DNA from: Tubiluchus corallicola
Taxonomy: Eukaryota; Animalia; Priapulida
DNA length: 64,000 bases
Reading direction: 5' to 3'
Assembly: GCA_030141605.1 (NCBI GenBank)
Contig: JAQGDQ010000267.1
Location: forward strand, 62,001 to 126,000
Positions 52,187 to 64,000 of the stretch are shown piece after piece. The notes under the pieces are model-generated. The model was not told the origin of the DNA. It did not search any database and saw only the letters and a list, made by a program, of their open reading frames with translations. A program made the position numbers and the translations under genes. Numbering within the stretch: the first letter of the stretch is position 1; each line of letters begins with the position of its first letter.

Positions 52187-54254
52187 TGTATTAAGATTCT
52201 AAAAAAGTAAAAAAGAAATTTCAAATAAAACAATGCATTTAGCACATCACAAAACTATAAAGCTGCAGTAATAGTAAAAATGATAAAAATAAATCTGTAC
52301 ATGGTTGGTAAATTGGTAAACACGCAACATCGATCACCCAAAACACTGGGAACACTACTAAAGAATTCAGAAGAACTACCATCCAAAACAGGTATGTAAG
52401 GATGTTCAGACAAATCTAGTTGTTAAAGATGCACATTATTGGAAGGACATACTACAATGTTTCATAATGGAGTTTAAAAACTGTGTCACTAGGATTTTCA
52501 GATGTGCCACGTGTGGCTTGTGTACCATCTTTTGCAGTGTGTAGCTGACCTCACATAACGCCAAATTACTGTGAAACGCATGTCATGAGTGTTGTTGCAC
52601 ATGGAACTATATAAAAACTAGCACTGCATATCTAAAGACTAAGTAAGAATTTATGTCAATGTGTAAACTAACAGAATAAAGCTTCCAGTAAATAAATGTT
52701 CAATGTAAGTCTAAAAGACAAGCTTACAGGAAAATCGGACGACTGTGTAGACATCAGTTCAAAATAAAGTATGCTCAAAAACATTGAAAATTACAACAGC
52801 TGTTTTTGAATCAAAGCTCAGATAAATAATAATTACCTAGGATAGTTAAATTTTGTTAAACTTTCAAAGCTATGAGCAAATTCACTAAGACTGGCATTGG
52901 CGCCATTTTGTCAAATTCGCATGGCAGACAAATAGACATGATAAGTGTGACATCAATGTGACACAAAGCTCATTTTTGTAACATCACATCAGCATATTAT
53001 AGCAATCTTGGCTTACTCAAACGTGCTTGATGTGCAGGGAAGATGCCTATCGCTGCACAAACTGTGGTTAGTTTGTCACGTAAGCGATCGCTGTGTTCGG
53101 TTGCCATTAATTAACTTTCCAAGGTAATTATTCAAATATTAGAAACAATTGCTAACTCTTACAGGCAAAAAAATGTATATTTTGAGCAGTAAATTAAGAT
53201 AAGATTGAGTTTAATCAATTGTCCGGTTTTCCTTTAAGATCTTTTGCGTCATAGGTAATTTTGAGTCATGATCTAAATTTGGTATTGTTTTGATTCACAC
53301 TATCAGTGTATGCACGCAATAAAATCATTATCCAAATTTTCATTTTATTGTATTCTTAGAGTTAATACATTCTTGCATTAAAGAAGAGCACTGCACTGCT
53401 TGCTACTTTCTAGTTTTAATATCATCGTCAGTATTTAGAAGTGTGCCCATATACTTGCACATTTTCCATGACTGGTTACCCACCTCTTGCAATAATATAT
53501 GCGTGCTTACATAGCAAAATCGTCCATAAATTGGCACATAAGCTTTTCAAGTTATTCACATATCCTGATCTATTTCATGAGGGTCATTTTGATATCAAGC
53601 TCATCGCTCCATGTTATTTTTAAGCCTATAAAATCCGCATTGAAGTTGAGGTGCATGCTACACACTGAAAAACATAACCTTGAGAAAATCACTGTTAAAG
53701 TTAGCCATTGTTTTTTGTCGCGGTTCTACAAAACACTCAACAACCGCTTAAAAGTTGGTTGCAACGGACTTTGCAAGAACACACAGATGTTATGTTTAAA
53801 TCCAGTAAATGGCTCTTTCTGATGAGGGTCTGAGTTTGGCAACAGAAAAAAACCCGAAGCAAAATGATTGCTTCTAAGAGCTACTACCAGAATTTAAAAA
53901 TACAAATTTTTCTTAATTGTTGTACAAGTTTCTAGATAGAAAAGTGAGTACAGGGTTATAAAATTGGATTTTTAGTATTTTTTTGAACTTTTTCTGGATA
54001 ATTTGATGCTAGAACATTAAAGTCCAATATATTTAGCATTTGTTTTTATGAAAAACAAAAAAATGACATTTAATCAAATTTTTGTTTCTACTTTTATAGT
54101 ATCATAATGCAGTTTCAACTATGACCTCCTATGGATGATTTTGATTTGTAAGCACATATATTCTTCTGTTTTTGACTGGTTTACTTAAAGATTTCTCTTG
54201 TCTAGTTTTTTTTTTGGAAAATCCCTTTTTACTGTGTCAGTTTGAAAATAATCC

Positions 54255-54800
54255 GGCCTATATCGTCAGCACATTTTTGATCAATCAGGAACTTTTGTAG
54301 TCCAGAACATGTTGCAGAAGGTTATCACAGAAAGTGGTATCATAATCATGATGGTCATTCGGATCGTAAGTGCAATTATCAGGCAAACGTGAAAAGTACT
54401 GGACTAAGACAATCCCCCTGCGGGACCCGACATTCCTACTAAAACTAAAAGTTCTTCCTAAGGTGTTCCAAACTTTTATAGTAAGCTTTTAACCATCCTT
54501 CAATAGAGTGGTAATAACATTCTCTTCATCAGCTCATAGTATGGTTTGCACGTCATCGAAAAGAACTCCTCTCTCTACAGTATCAAATGCCTTGCTGGTA
54601 ACAAGTAACAAGACCGTGATTTGATAAGAACTGGAAGTGACTGCTTTTTCTGCTAATAATTTTCCTGATATTATTAGTTCAGTACTGCTTCTGCCCTCCC
54701 TATATACAGCCTGACCAGGTGGAATGTCACCATTTACTCTGTTATATATGAGTGTGATCATGCATACAGCCAAAATTTTTCTTAGCAAACTCAGCAGTAT
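54255..54800 (-). mobile_element. Degenerate non-LTR retrotransposon reverse transcriptase fragment (RTE-like)
   Basis: PGQAVYREGRSSTE...KLLAEKA...LLLVTSKAFDTVER (RT motifs), then GDCLSPVLF (~54420-54395) and IDQKCADDIG (YADD equivalent, ~54285-54257); stops and frameshifts. Confidence 0.85.
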
Positions 54801-55679
54801 ATTTGGTTACTCATCACGATTTTCACTTTTTAGTTACACTTGGCGATCAGCAGCATGGAAAACCCACAACTTATTAACTTGCATTCTATTCAGGCCCATT
54901 TTGTTTCCCTCCGCGCTTCTCGTTGTGGGCACTGCATACCATTTAATGGCTGGTCATTACATACTGTTGCCAGTTGGTTCAATTCATGTTGGAAGCATTA
55001 ATACTATAAATACTGTTAACAATGCTGGCAGATGTTACTAGGTATTCTGTTTCAATTTTTTTTAACTTCAAATACTTACACCGTTTCGATATCGTCGTAG
55101 TGCCGTTAGCTTTGATTATACTGAGATTTATATAGTGTAAAAACACCCTGATAAATTAGCAAATTATAATGTTTATAATGATATTATGGATGATACACGT
55201 TTATTGCGTAGAATTGATAATTAAATTTTGCACAACTGACTTCAGTATCAGAGATATTGTAGTCCTATTGCATATTGCGTGTGAGTACTGTGTAATCATT
55301 CAATATGTAGCATTTAGTTTGTATCATTTGCTTGCAAAGGTATTCGTGCTGAACTTGTATGGTTCTGGTTTATAGGCTAACTCAAACCTAAATTTGAAAT
55401 GTTACGCAATGTAACCTAAATCTTTAGTTTTAATTATAAGACATCGTATAGCAAGTAAAATACAGTCAAAAATATTTTTTCTGAGTAACACTGGTTCCAT
55501 AAGCAGATACTACTTCATTTAAAAAGTAATTTCACAGACAGATATTACTAATTTTCAAAGTGCAAAAAATGTGAGGATAAAAACTTAGGACAGTTATGCA
55601 CAGACATAACCAAAGACTACAAAAACAAACAGCAAAACTACATTGTTTGTTTTCATTGCAGGCTATTATAAAAGTGTAG

Positions 55680-55890
55680 CGAGGTTTGAGCTGAGATGTA
55701 GGATTCCCGCGCCTCATGCCAGCGGCGTGGGTTCGACGCTCATGGTGGTATTTTCCATAAACCTGGGCTGCTTACTTTGTAGAGGGAGAATGTGTATATA
55801 TATCCGAAGGTGGTTGATGCACTTCTGTTGGTTCAGTGACTAACAGGGATATCCTTGATAATGACCCAAGCCCCATCATAAGCATCTCTT
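55680..55890 (+). mobile_element. Possible decayed tRNA-derived SINE
   Basis: GC-rich head CCCGCGCCTCATGCCAGCGGCGTGGGTTCGACGCTC with B-box-like GGTTCGA; A box not clear. Confidence 0.3.
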
Positions 55891-57611
55891 TCAGTAGAGT
55901 CTGTCTTTATTGAGTGCTTCCCGGTCTGCAGTGTGCTGAGGATATCTATGTATCTGATGAGAATGATGTTGCTTTGCTTAGCAATTTAAGGATCATTGAA
56001 GGAAGTAAAGATACAAAAAAGCTATACAAAATTTCAAGCTGCAGTAAAATCGCAAAACGTATTATAGATATTCTGGAGTTTTATGATCTGTGCCAGCGCA
56101 AAATCGCACAACAGCCTTAATTAAAAGAAAATCATTACAACAAAAAGTTTATTTGTTTAAATTATTAATAGTAGCTTTTAAATGATAAATAACAATAATA
56201 AAGATGGCAATATCTACAACAAATTCACAACAACAGCGATTATTTGCAATAATCAAGTGGGAGCATGTAGCCTTCATAAAGGGCAATTATTTTCACGCAC
56301 GTTTTATGCCAACTAACCCAAGCTTCCAGCTCATTCATAAAGTCAAAAATAGCATATTAGTTATATAAAAGCAAATTACTCTTAACATGTGATTAATTAA
56401 AATGGCCAGTTCTAATAGTAATCTTGAATTTTGTTATCAGGGTATCTGCACTTGTATGTCTAAATTAATTATTATAAAATATTACTCAGCTCTTGGCCTT
56501 TGGTCATAATTACTCTACAGCATAGTGAATTGTTTTCAAAACAAATCATGGAATACTAAATTCAAACTTATGAGTACAATTCTAAATAATAGAATGTCCT
56601 ACTAGAGTTGTAAAGAAGTTGAGAAAGCCATTCTTTCATTGCTTCTCCAGAACATGGTACAGTGCAAAGTTTCATCAGTCAGTCAGCAGTCTGCCAGTAA
56701 GTTAGTTAGTCAGTCAATCAGTCAATTCAGTCAGTAGTACTAGTCAGTCAACCAGTTAACAGTATTTCACTCAGTTAGTCAATCAGTGACAGCCAAGCAA
56801 CCAATCAGGTCAACTAGACTGCTTGATGAGTAATCACAATTGCAATAACTAATAAGTTTTAGTATCTTTGTCAAAATTGCAGTCCGAATGTGCCCAGCAT
56901 ACAAGTCACTAGAGCTAACCGTCACCCATGCGAAGTAAGACAGCCAGTGTATGTATTAGACAGGGGAGATGCTTTCCACCTGCCTCCCATGGAAGCAACA
57001 ACTAGTCTTTGTGGCACAAAGAAGACTTTGTGTGAGTGGAGCTTGCCTCGAACACGTGGGGTATGTGCTCGGTCCATGTATTATTTGATTGTTTATATGT
57101 TCAAGTCAAGGACTACTATACACGTGTATAGTAGTCCTTGGTTCAAGTATAATTAATACTAAATTAGATGGTTTGTCGAGAATTAGTAACTAGCCATGCG
57201 TAACTTCAAACTTTCAGCTTTTTGGAAAGGACTGCCTTTTAAACAACTTTTAACTATTTAACTAAAACGGAAGCTGAAAATATCAGGTTTTACTGCAGGA
57301 GGTTCTGGGTGGTTATCCTAAAGAAAAATTTACCTCAATTTTGTATTGATCCAGTCAGTTATTGCAAAATTTTTAGAGAAAAACCACTTATAGAAACACT
57401 TCAGGGAACTGACTAATACTTTAAACTTGGAACTGGAGAGTCTGACAAGAGGTTCTCTCCTGGCTTAACTCTAACAATAAATATACAATTTACAAAATTC
57501 AGAGCTGAGTTCTTTGCGGCACTTACAAAAGTATGCAATGCAAATGTTTCGAGTGTTTGTAGTTGAATTGCCATGCTATATCCAAATAAGTGTGATGGCA
57601 TCACAGAAGTG

Positions 57612-57790
<179 letters not shown>

Positions 57791-59775
57791 AAGAAATATT
57801 TTTTTATTTATAGACACCTAAACACTAGCTATATTATTGCAGGCAGCCCGCCCAAGTCTCTAAATGATGATACATCCTTCCCGGTTGACAAGAGTCCTAC
57901 ACTTCATTCATTACAGGACCAATGAACTCAACGGGAAGAAGGCCAATTTCATCTCGGCAGAAAATTGATTACAATTTTTGTACATAGTTTTGTAAATATT
58001 CACTTAATAAATTCTTTTTGTTCTAATAATGCAGTTTTTGTTAAATTAACTAATATGATATTTAAAACAGAGGTTTTTCATTAGTAATGTAAGTCTAAGC
58101 TAAATATCTGATTCCCAGTTGAGCATAAATTAAGTAATAAATTAGTCAGGCATTAAAATGGATTATGACGCAGATTTAATCCCACGTTTTATCAATTTTT
58201 GAATAAATCATAATTATTATATAATTCCTGGTGTAAACGGTGACTTAAAATATGGAACCTATTAATATGGATTTTTCTTCAAAACTAGGTGATGTTATCT
58301 GCATAATTAACACACGAACACCTTTGGAGAATAAGTTCAAAATTTTGGTGTATGGGTTGACATATTGGTGGAATAGCCCACTATATTTCAATTTTTGCCT
58401 TCGTAACACTCGTCCAACACACTCTCGGAATGTTTCTGCCATTAAATATTACGTTTAGTACTTATGATGTCATTGCTTGCTATGCTCGCTGATGTTACCC
58501 AAGTTTTTAAGCTATAATTTAATTTTCTATAACACTGAAATTATTGATGTTAGGATGTATACTTTTTACCGGACTTCAAAATTGAGCAGCACATGAAAAT
58601 CATCCTGTTTACCGTAAGAAAAACTTCCTTATATCATGTTTCAGAATTTCATGCCCGTAACTTGCATAGTACTCTAGCCACTGGGCACTCCACATCGTAC
58701 CACGGTACAGAATTGCTATCTCCACTAGACATGTCAGGCTTCATGGTTAACGAAAGTCACAAGGCCAAAACAAGTTTCTTACTTAGTTTATAGTTATCAG
58801 TTAGCTATACAAAAGGCATGTTAATTAAATATTGATAATTATTCTGACATAATAAATTAAAAAGACCATATCAATTATTTTGAACACAACATCTAACCTT
58901 CCATCTTTATAGGCAATAAATATTAAAAGTGATGTTCCACTTAAGCTGAGTTGAGCAACAGATATGAAGCCAGTTATCCCACTTCTGCATGTTGCACCAC
59001 TCTAATAAAGCTTGATGACGCATTACTATATTGTAAATTTGCCTAGATCACACTGCACCAGCATTTAAGTTTTACAAAAAAGTCAGACAATCAGTCATCC
59101 ATGTTCTGAAGTACAAAATTAAGTGTCAGTTTCTTGTATTGCAATTTAGGATACTATTACCAAACAGTCATAATACTTATTACCACAAACATCTCAAACA
59201 TCAAATGCTGTGGCGCGGTCATATGAGTGTCATGTCATGTGCAAAAAGCTTTTGTTTATTGCCTTCAGGTCAAAGCAACGAAGATTGGAAATTACTGTAG
59301 AGATAAAAGTGTTATAAATAAATTCCAAAAAAGTTTTGCAGACATGGAGTTTGAACATTGCAAAAGCTGCACTGCATAGTAAATCTTTTTTACTTGAAAA
59401 TAAACTTACCAAGTTTGTGCCTCTATGTATTAACTATAACCAACAAACGAATGCTAGAATCCATTTTTTCAAGTTACTCAATTCGACAGTATTACTATTA
59501 GTATTACATATCAGCACAAAAACAATTCACCAACATTAATGGAGATATGAAATTTTTAACATAGCAAGGAGGAACAAGTCAACGGCAATCACAGCCCATA
59601 CCGTATGCGAATTAAAAGCTGCAAATTATCACCAAGTAACAATGTAAGCTTAGCGATAATGTTTTACTATTTTTAATAACATTAATTAATAATAAAATGG
59701 GTAAAATGAGTGTCACGGCAAGGCATGCTTGCTTGCGAAGTCTAAGAGACCTAACCATAACACGGTTATAGTCTA

Positions 59776-60529
59776 CAGCGGCGGATTATGATTTTATGGG
59801 CCTTAGGCTTGAGCTTGGAACGGGCCTTTTAAATGTTGCTACACTGCTGAGCTGAGGTGTTTTTGTGGAGCTCTCGTCGTTTGTAAGTTTGTTTAATTTT
59901 GTGAGTTTTTGCCCACCGATTGTGATAAAAATTATATCTTCTTGATCCTTGAGTTGTGGACTAGGACTATATAAACACGATTACAGCTTGGTGAGTTTCT
60001 GGGTTAGATGTCAACTAAAATGAGCCAATCAGAAACTCTGAAAGTAACTGGTTTCAAACTGCAGTGGGGAACGATCATTCTCTGCTCTGAAAAGGATAAA
60101 AACTTATTTACGGTCATCTCTAAAGAATGACAAATTAAACAATTTATCACTGATGCATATTGAGTCAGATATGTTGAAAAAATGGACTTTTCAGAAATTA
60201 TAACTGACTTTGCCCAGTTATAACTTTTCAGAAACTGAAATTTTGAACTTAAACTTAAACTGTGTAAACGTGAATTGTGTAAACTTAAATTTTGTAAACT
60301 TGAATTGCGTAAACTTAAATTGTGTAAACTTGATTTGTGTAAACCCGATTTGAAATATAGTGACTGACTTTTGAAAAAAAACTTCTTTCTATATTTTATT
60401 TTGGCGGGCCCCTTGCTCTTTTGTCAATTTATTTTTTTTACAAAAAAAAATCGTTTTATTTTACCGGGCCCCTTCTGATCCCGGGCCTTAGGCTTCAGCC
60501 TATTCAGCCTATAGGGCTATCCGCTACAG
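59776..60529 (+). mobile_element. hAT DNA transposon deletion derivative, longer copy retaining the transposase C-terminal dimerisation remnant
   Basis: Same ends as 16744-17155; extra internal segment 60051-60177 reads VSNCSGERSFSALKRIKTYLRSSLKNDKLNNLSLMHIESDML (hAT dimerisation motif ERSFS.L..IK..LRS); degenerate 15-bp repeats at ~60245-60345. Confidence 0.92.
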
Positions 60530-60530
60530 G

Positions 60531-60960
60531 TTATAGACAGTCTCTCCTCAACAATTTGCGAAATTGCAGCAGATTTGATGTGCCAACTGTTTCACCATTA
60601 AGTGAATTCCAAGGGCCCACAACATGAGAAGAGAAGAAATGAGCTGTGATATTAGTGAGAGAGTATTGTACAAGTGATTTAGAATTGCGTCCACGTAGAT
60701 CATGTAGTGGTCTGGAAAAAAATTCGTCACTACGCAAAATAGAACTACCACAAATGACTTTATAACAGTTAATAAGATCTATAGTATCATGGTGTTGTTC
60801 AAAAGAAGATACAGAGTCAGGCTGAATATCAGAGGCCAGACTAATACATCTCCATTGATTTTTTTCTAAAGCACTTTTAAGAGTAACTTACTGTCGTGAC
60901 CAAAAAACGCAAACATATTCTAGTATTGGACTAACTACAGCTTTATAAAGAAATGCAAAA
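60531..60960 (-). mobile_element. CR1-like LINE ORF2 3' fragment
   Basis: FLYKAVVSPILEY..FW (~60950-60900) and LRGRNSK...HFFSSHVVGPWNSL...QFRKLL. Confidence 0.75.
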
Positions 60961-61261
60961 ACTTTTGCACTACGTGATGAAATGCAGCATTAAAATGACA
61001 AAATCCTCTGGCAAAGGAATATAAACTGATGAAAGAGACCATAGTATTAAATTATTTTTCATGATGAGGAGCAATAAAGAAAGAGATAATGAGGCTTTAT
61101 TGCTCACAAAATGGCAGTTTAACGTGTGAAAAATGTAATTAAACACGATGTAATTATAATTTAACCAAGTGAATTAATAGGCGTTAATTAAACCAGTGCT
61201 GGTCTAAACAGATGAAAGCAGTTTCTTTCTGCGCTGAATAATGAATCTCAGTTAGTATCAT

Positions 61262-61720
61262 ATTACCGTTACCGTTACCGTCGAAGGATAGAGGTTAAGC
61301 AACTTGCTTATAAACCTCTCCACTCTTCATTGTTTACTTTATCACTGTTAAAAATACATAATGGGTGGCGACCCTGCGATCACGAAGCGAAGTATAGGGT
61401 TTCTTGTTGCCATTGTGGCAACCTGGGGTCTATATATTTTTCAGCATTATTTTTCCAAAATCTATCGAGACGAGACTTAAACTGGGCAGGATTGGGTGCT
61501 TGTATTACATGGTCAGGCAGCTTGTTCCACTCATTAATTACTCGCCTTGCGAATGTAAATCTTCTTCTGTTCCACCTTTGGGGAACTGTTCTCTTCTTGA
61601 TTTTATAGGAGTGACCTCTGGTACCATGATGTCTGTCGGTGAAAAAATATTTCACTGTTGATGGTTTCTATGGTTATATAGTTTTAAGAATACGGAATGT
61701 TTGGATTAAATCACCGCCAC
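61262..61720 (-). mobile_element. 5'-truncated CR1 LINE with 3'UTR and (GGTAAC)n tail
   Basis: GDLIQTFRILK, TRGHSYKIKK...RRFTFARRVINEWNKLPDHVIQAPNPAQFKSRLDRFW; ends in short tandem tail GGTAACGGTAACGGTAA (plus-strand TTACCGTTACCGTTACC 61263-61279). Confidence 0.9.
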
Positions 61721-62149
61721 ACACTGTGTCTGAAGCTTCACCATTTACAGGAATTTAAACTATACGCGTGGCTGGCCACAAACTAATATTTTCGTGCTCT
61801 ATACGCTTTCTGTTGTGCGTGATTTTATTGTTGGTAGAATTATCAAGTCAACATTTATAAACAGACGACATAACTCGCATTCTGTCAACAAGACTACTTT
61901 GCTCACTTGATTTTGATTGGCTCATAGAATAACATGTGACTAATGAAAGCTTATAAGTGTCACAGCATAATTCAAAAGTAGTTTAAGTTTTAGTCATTTT
62001 GTTTCATTGCGCGAAAAAGATCACTCCCTAAAAGAAACATTTAATTCAGTGATTCTCAGTGAGTAATTAGTAGGCTATGTATGTACATAAAATACAAACT
62101 AGAAGAGAAACATACCATGAAAAATTCTATATTTTAGTTGTTGATTCTA

Positions 62150-62322
62150 AACTAGAGGACAATGTAAAATCGTTTGAAGAGCAGTCATGTCTTGACATTC
62201 GTAAATATTCATTTACTGTGAGAGTAGTGAATAAATGGAATAATCTGTCTGCCATGGTGACTGCCGCACAAAGCGTAGTAAAGTTTAAATCCTTAATCGA
62301 CAATTATTTTGTGCAAAAATAA
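62150..62322 (+). mobile_element. CR1-like LINE ORF2 C-terminal fragment
   Basis: CLDIRKYSFTVRVVNKWNNLSAMVTAAQSVVKFKSLID motif. Confidence 0.8.
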
Positions 62323-62324
62323 GG

Positions 62325-62460
62325 GGTTTCTATGAGTGTACTCACTTAACCCCTAATCATGACAATATAACGGTATTCCCAAATACTATATATGCTGTAA
62401 AATAGTACATACTGTTATACTGTCATGATAACGGGTTAAGCGAGTACACTCATAGAAACC
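62325..62460. repeat. 136-bp hairpin/MITE-like inverted repeat
   Basis: GGTTTCTATGAGTGTACTCACTTAACCC...ATCATGACAATATAACGGTAT pairs with ATACTGTTATACTGTCATGAT...GGGTTAAGCGAGTACACTCATAGAAACC (~52-bp arms, few mismatches). Confidence 0.9.
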
Positions 62461-63751
62461 ATAACTGCAATTCCTAAAAGATGCAAACTTTTTGTGATAA
62501 TTAAATGCAATGAAGTAAACTTAATGTATGTTCTTACTACATAGTACTAAAAAGTCGGTGACGATAATCCAACTAAAACTTAATCTGATATATTTCATCC
62601 AGAATCTTTATAATTACATTATAACAAAACAAATAAAAAACAGTAACAAGTACATTAATAATGCAAGCATATAAACAGCAAAACCGACCAAAAACCACAA
62701 ATTTGATATCAGACTCAGTTCGCTTTGTATAAGTAAAATTTAAATACCACAATTCATATACTTTCATATAAAATTTAAATATTGTTAAAGAAAATTATTA
62801 CAGCTTTGAATTACTTTAGCATAAATATATGCCTTGTTTTAAACTGTTCTAAAGCGAATGATTAAATCACTTTCAATATTAAATGTCAGCGGTAGTATTT
62901 ACATTTTAGGTTGTCCAAAATTTAATATCATTTAGTAATTAACCGAAACAGAAAGTTACACAGCTATTCTTACTGCAATACAGACAACTAGAAGTTTGTA
63001 CTTTGCATTTGCTGACAACCAAATATTTAAGAAATGAGATTGCACTTCACTTTGAACAAAAAAAAGATGCCAATAACTTTTTTCTAGAAAAATCAATGAT
63101 TTTTAGAGTCCAGAGTCAAAGTCATCTCTCTGTTAACCCTGATTTCCTCAGTTCCTCCCTCATTTTACATGACTTGTCACCATTTTTTCACCATTATGCT
63201 TCTACTGACTTACAGTGATACTATTGAAACAATTTACGAAATTAAATTATTCTTAGGCAATGATATCTTAGGCCTATTTCAATGGACCGTGAAACTTGTT
63301 TTTGACTTAATACCCCCAAACGTTGTTAGCAGATACAGAAATAGTGTTAAAAGAATAGTAGCAAAATATTTGACACACATCTAAACAATGTACAGCATAA
63401 ATCTTTCCCAGTTTAAAATTCCTTTTCTGACTGAAATTCCTGCCACGGAAACCAAGTTCTCTTGTTCTTAGAATCACAGTGATCTATTCAGTGGCTAATC
63501 AGATTTAGCAGAGGCTCTCTTCTAATGAGCAAAGGAAAAACTGCACTGTAACCTAAAGTATGACCCATAAACAAAATATGACACTGAGCAGCATACAAAC
63601 ATGTTTGATTTTAAAGTATTAGGCTGCAATTGAGGTGCTGTAAAAAGCAATGTGCTGGCAGTGCCCAAAAATCATAACATTAGCTTTATATAGCCTCCAA
63701 AAAAACGACAAATCTGCAAAACACAAACACAGTATTATAAATGTTGCTATT

Positions 63752-64000
63752 TTATGCACAAGCCTTTACATAGTCATGATAGCTATCATGGCTTTTCATG
63801 TGATGTTTCAAGCTTGATAAGCGACTAAAAACAGACTCACAGTCATTACACTTATACGGTTTTACACCGCTATGACTCATCATGTGCCGCTTTAGATTTG
63901 ATGACTGTGAGAATGTGCTCTTGCACACTTCGCACTTATATGGCTTCTCACCTGTGTGTGTTCTGAGATGAGCTCTCAAGCTAGAAGACTGTGTGAATGC
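63752..64000 (-). CDS. C2H2 zinc-finger protein, 3' end (continues beyond the window)
   Basis: FTQSSSLRAHLRTHTGEKPYKCEVCKSTFSQSSNLKRHMMSHSGVKPYKCNDCESVFSRLSSLKHHMKSH: tandem Kruppel-type fingers with TGEKPY linkers; stop at 63752. Confidence 0.93.
   Translation of the reverse strand, partial: AFTQSSSLRAHLRTHTGEKPYKCEVCKSTFSQSSNLKRHMMSHSGVKPYKCNDCESVFSRLSSLKHHMKSHDSYHDYVKACA

Noticed and set aside
58245-58458. Short ORFs on both strands as LINE or gene fragment
   Set aside because: No recognisable motif or convincing splice sites.

Overview
AT-rich genomic DNA from an invertebrate animal (spliceosomal GT-AG introns, microsatellites, transposon debris); no prokaryotic features or CRISPR arrays. 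Spliced genes reconstructed by hand: a 3-exon GPI-anchored Ly6/three-finger (quiver/sleepless-like) gene (+, 9689-12359); a gene ending in a NEDD1-type C-terminal coiled coil with no visible WD40 exons (-, 13833-16150); two tandem intact SLC28/CNT nucleoside-transporter paralogues (-, 24597-29850 and 31357-39936) with unusual acidic substitutions at the binding site; a small single-pass membrane ORF (+, 42438-42794); a disabled 46-aa-repeat gene (+, 43272-~44860); BORCS6/lyspersin (-, 47831-52186), whose presumed 3'UTR is built from about five decayed tandem copies of its own last coding segment; and the 3' end of a C2H2 zinc-finger gene at the right edge. Mobile DNA: two copies of a hAT element (one with a perfect 8-bp TSD, one with a transposase remnant), a decayed Harbinger with TTA TSD and an internal 31-bp minisatellite, a non-autonomous Helitron, CR1-like and RTE-like LINE fragments, tRNA/5S-derived pieces, a ~500-bp palindrome carrying two divergent tRNA-like heads, several fold-back elements and a 31-bp minisatellite with a 343-bp higher-order period. 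All identifications come from motif recognition by eye; no database search was run.
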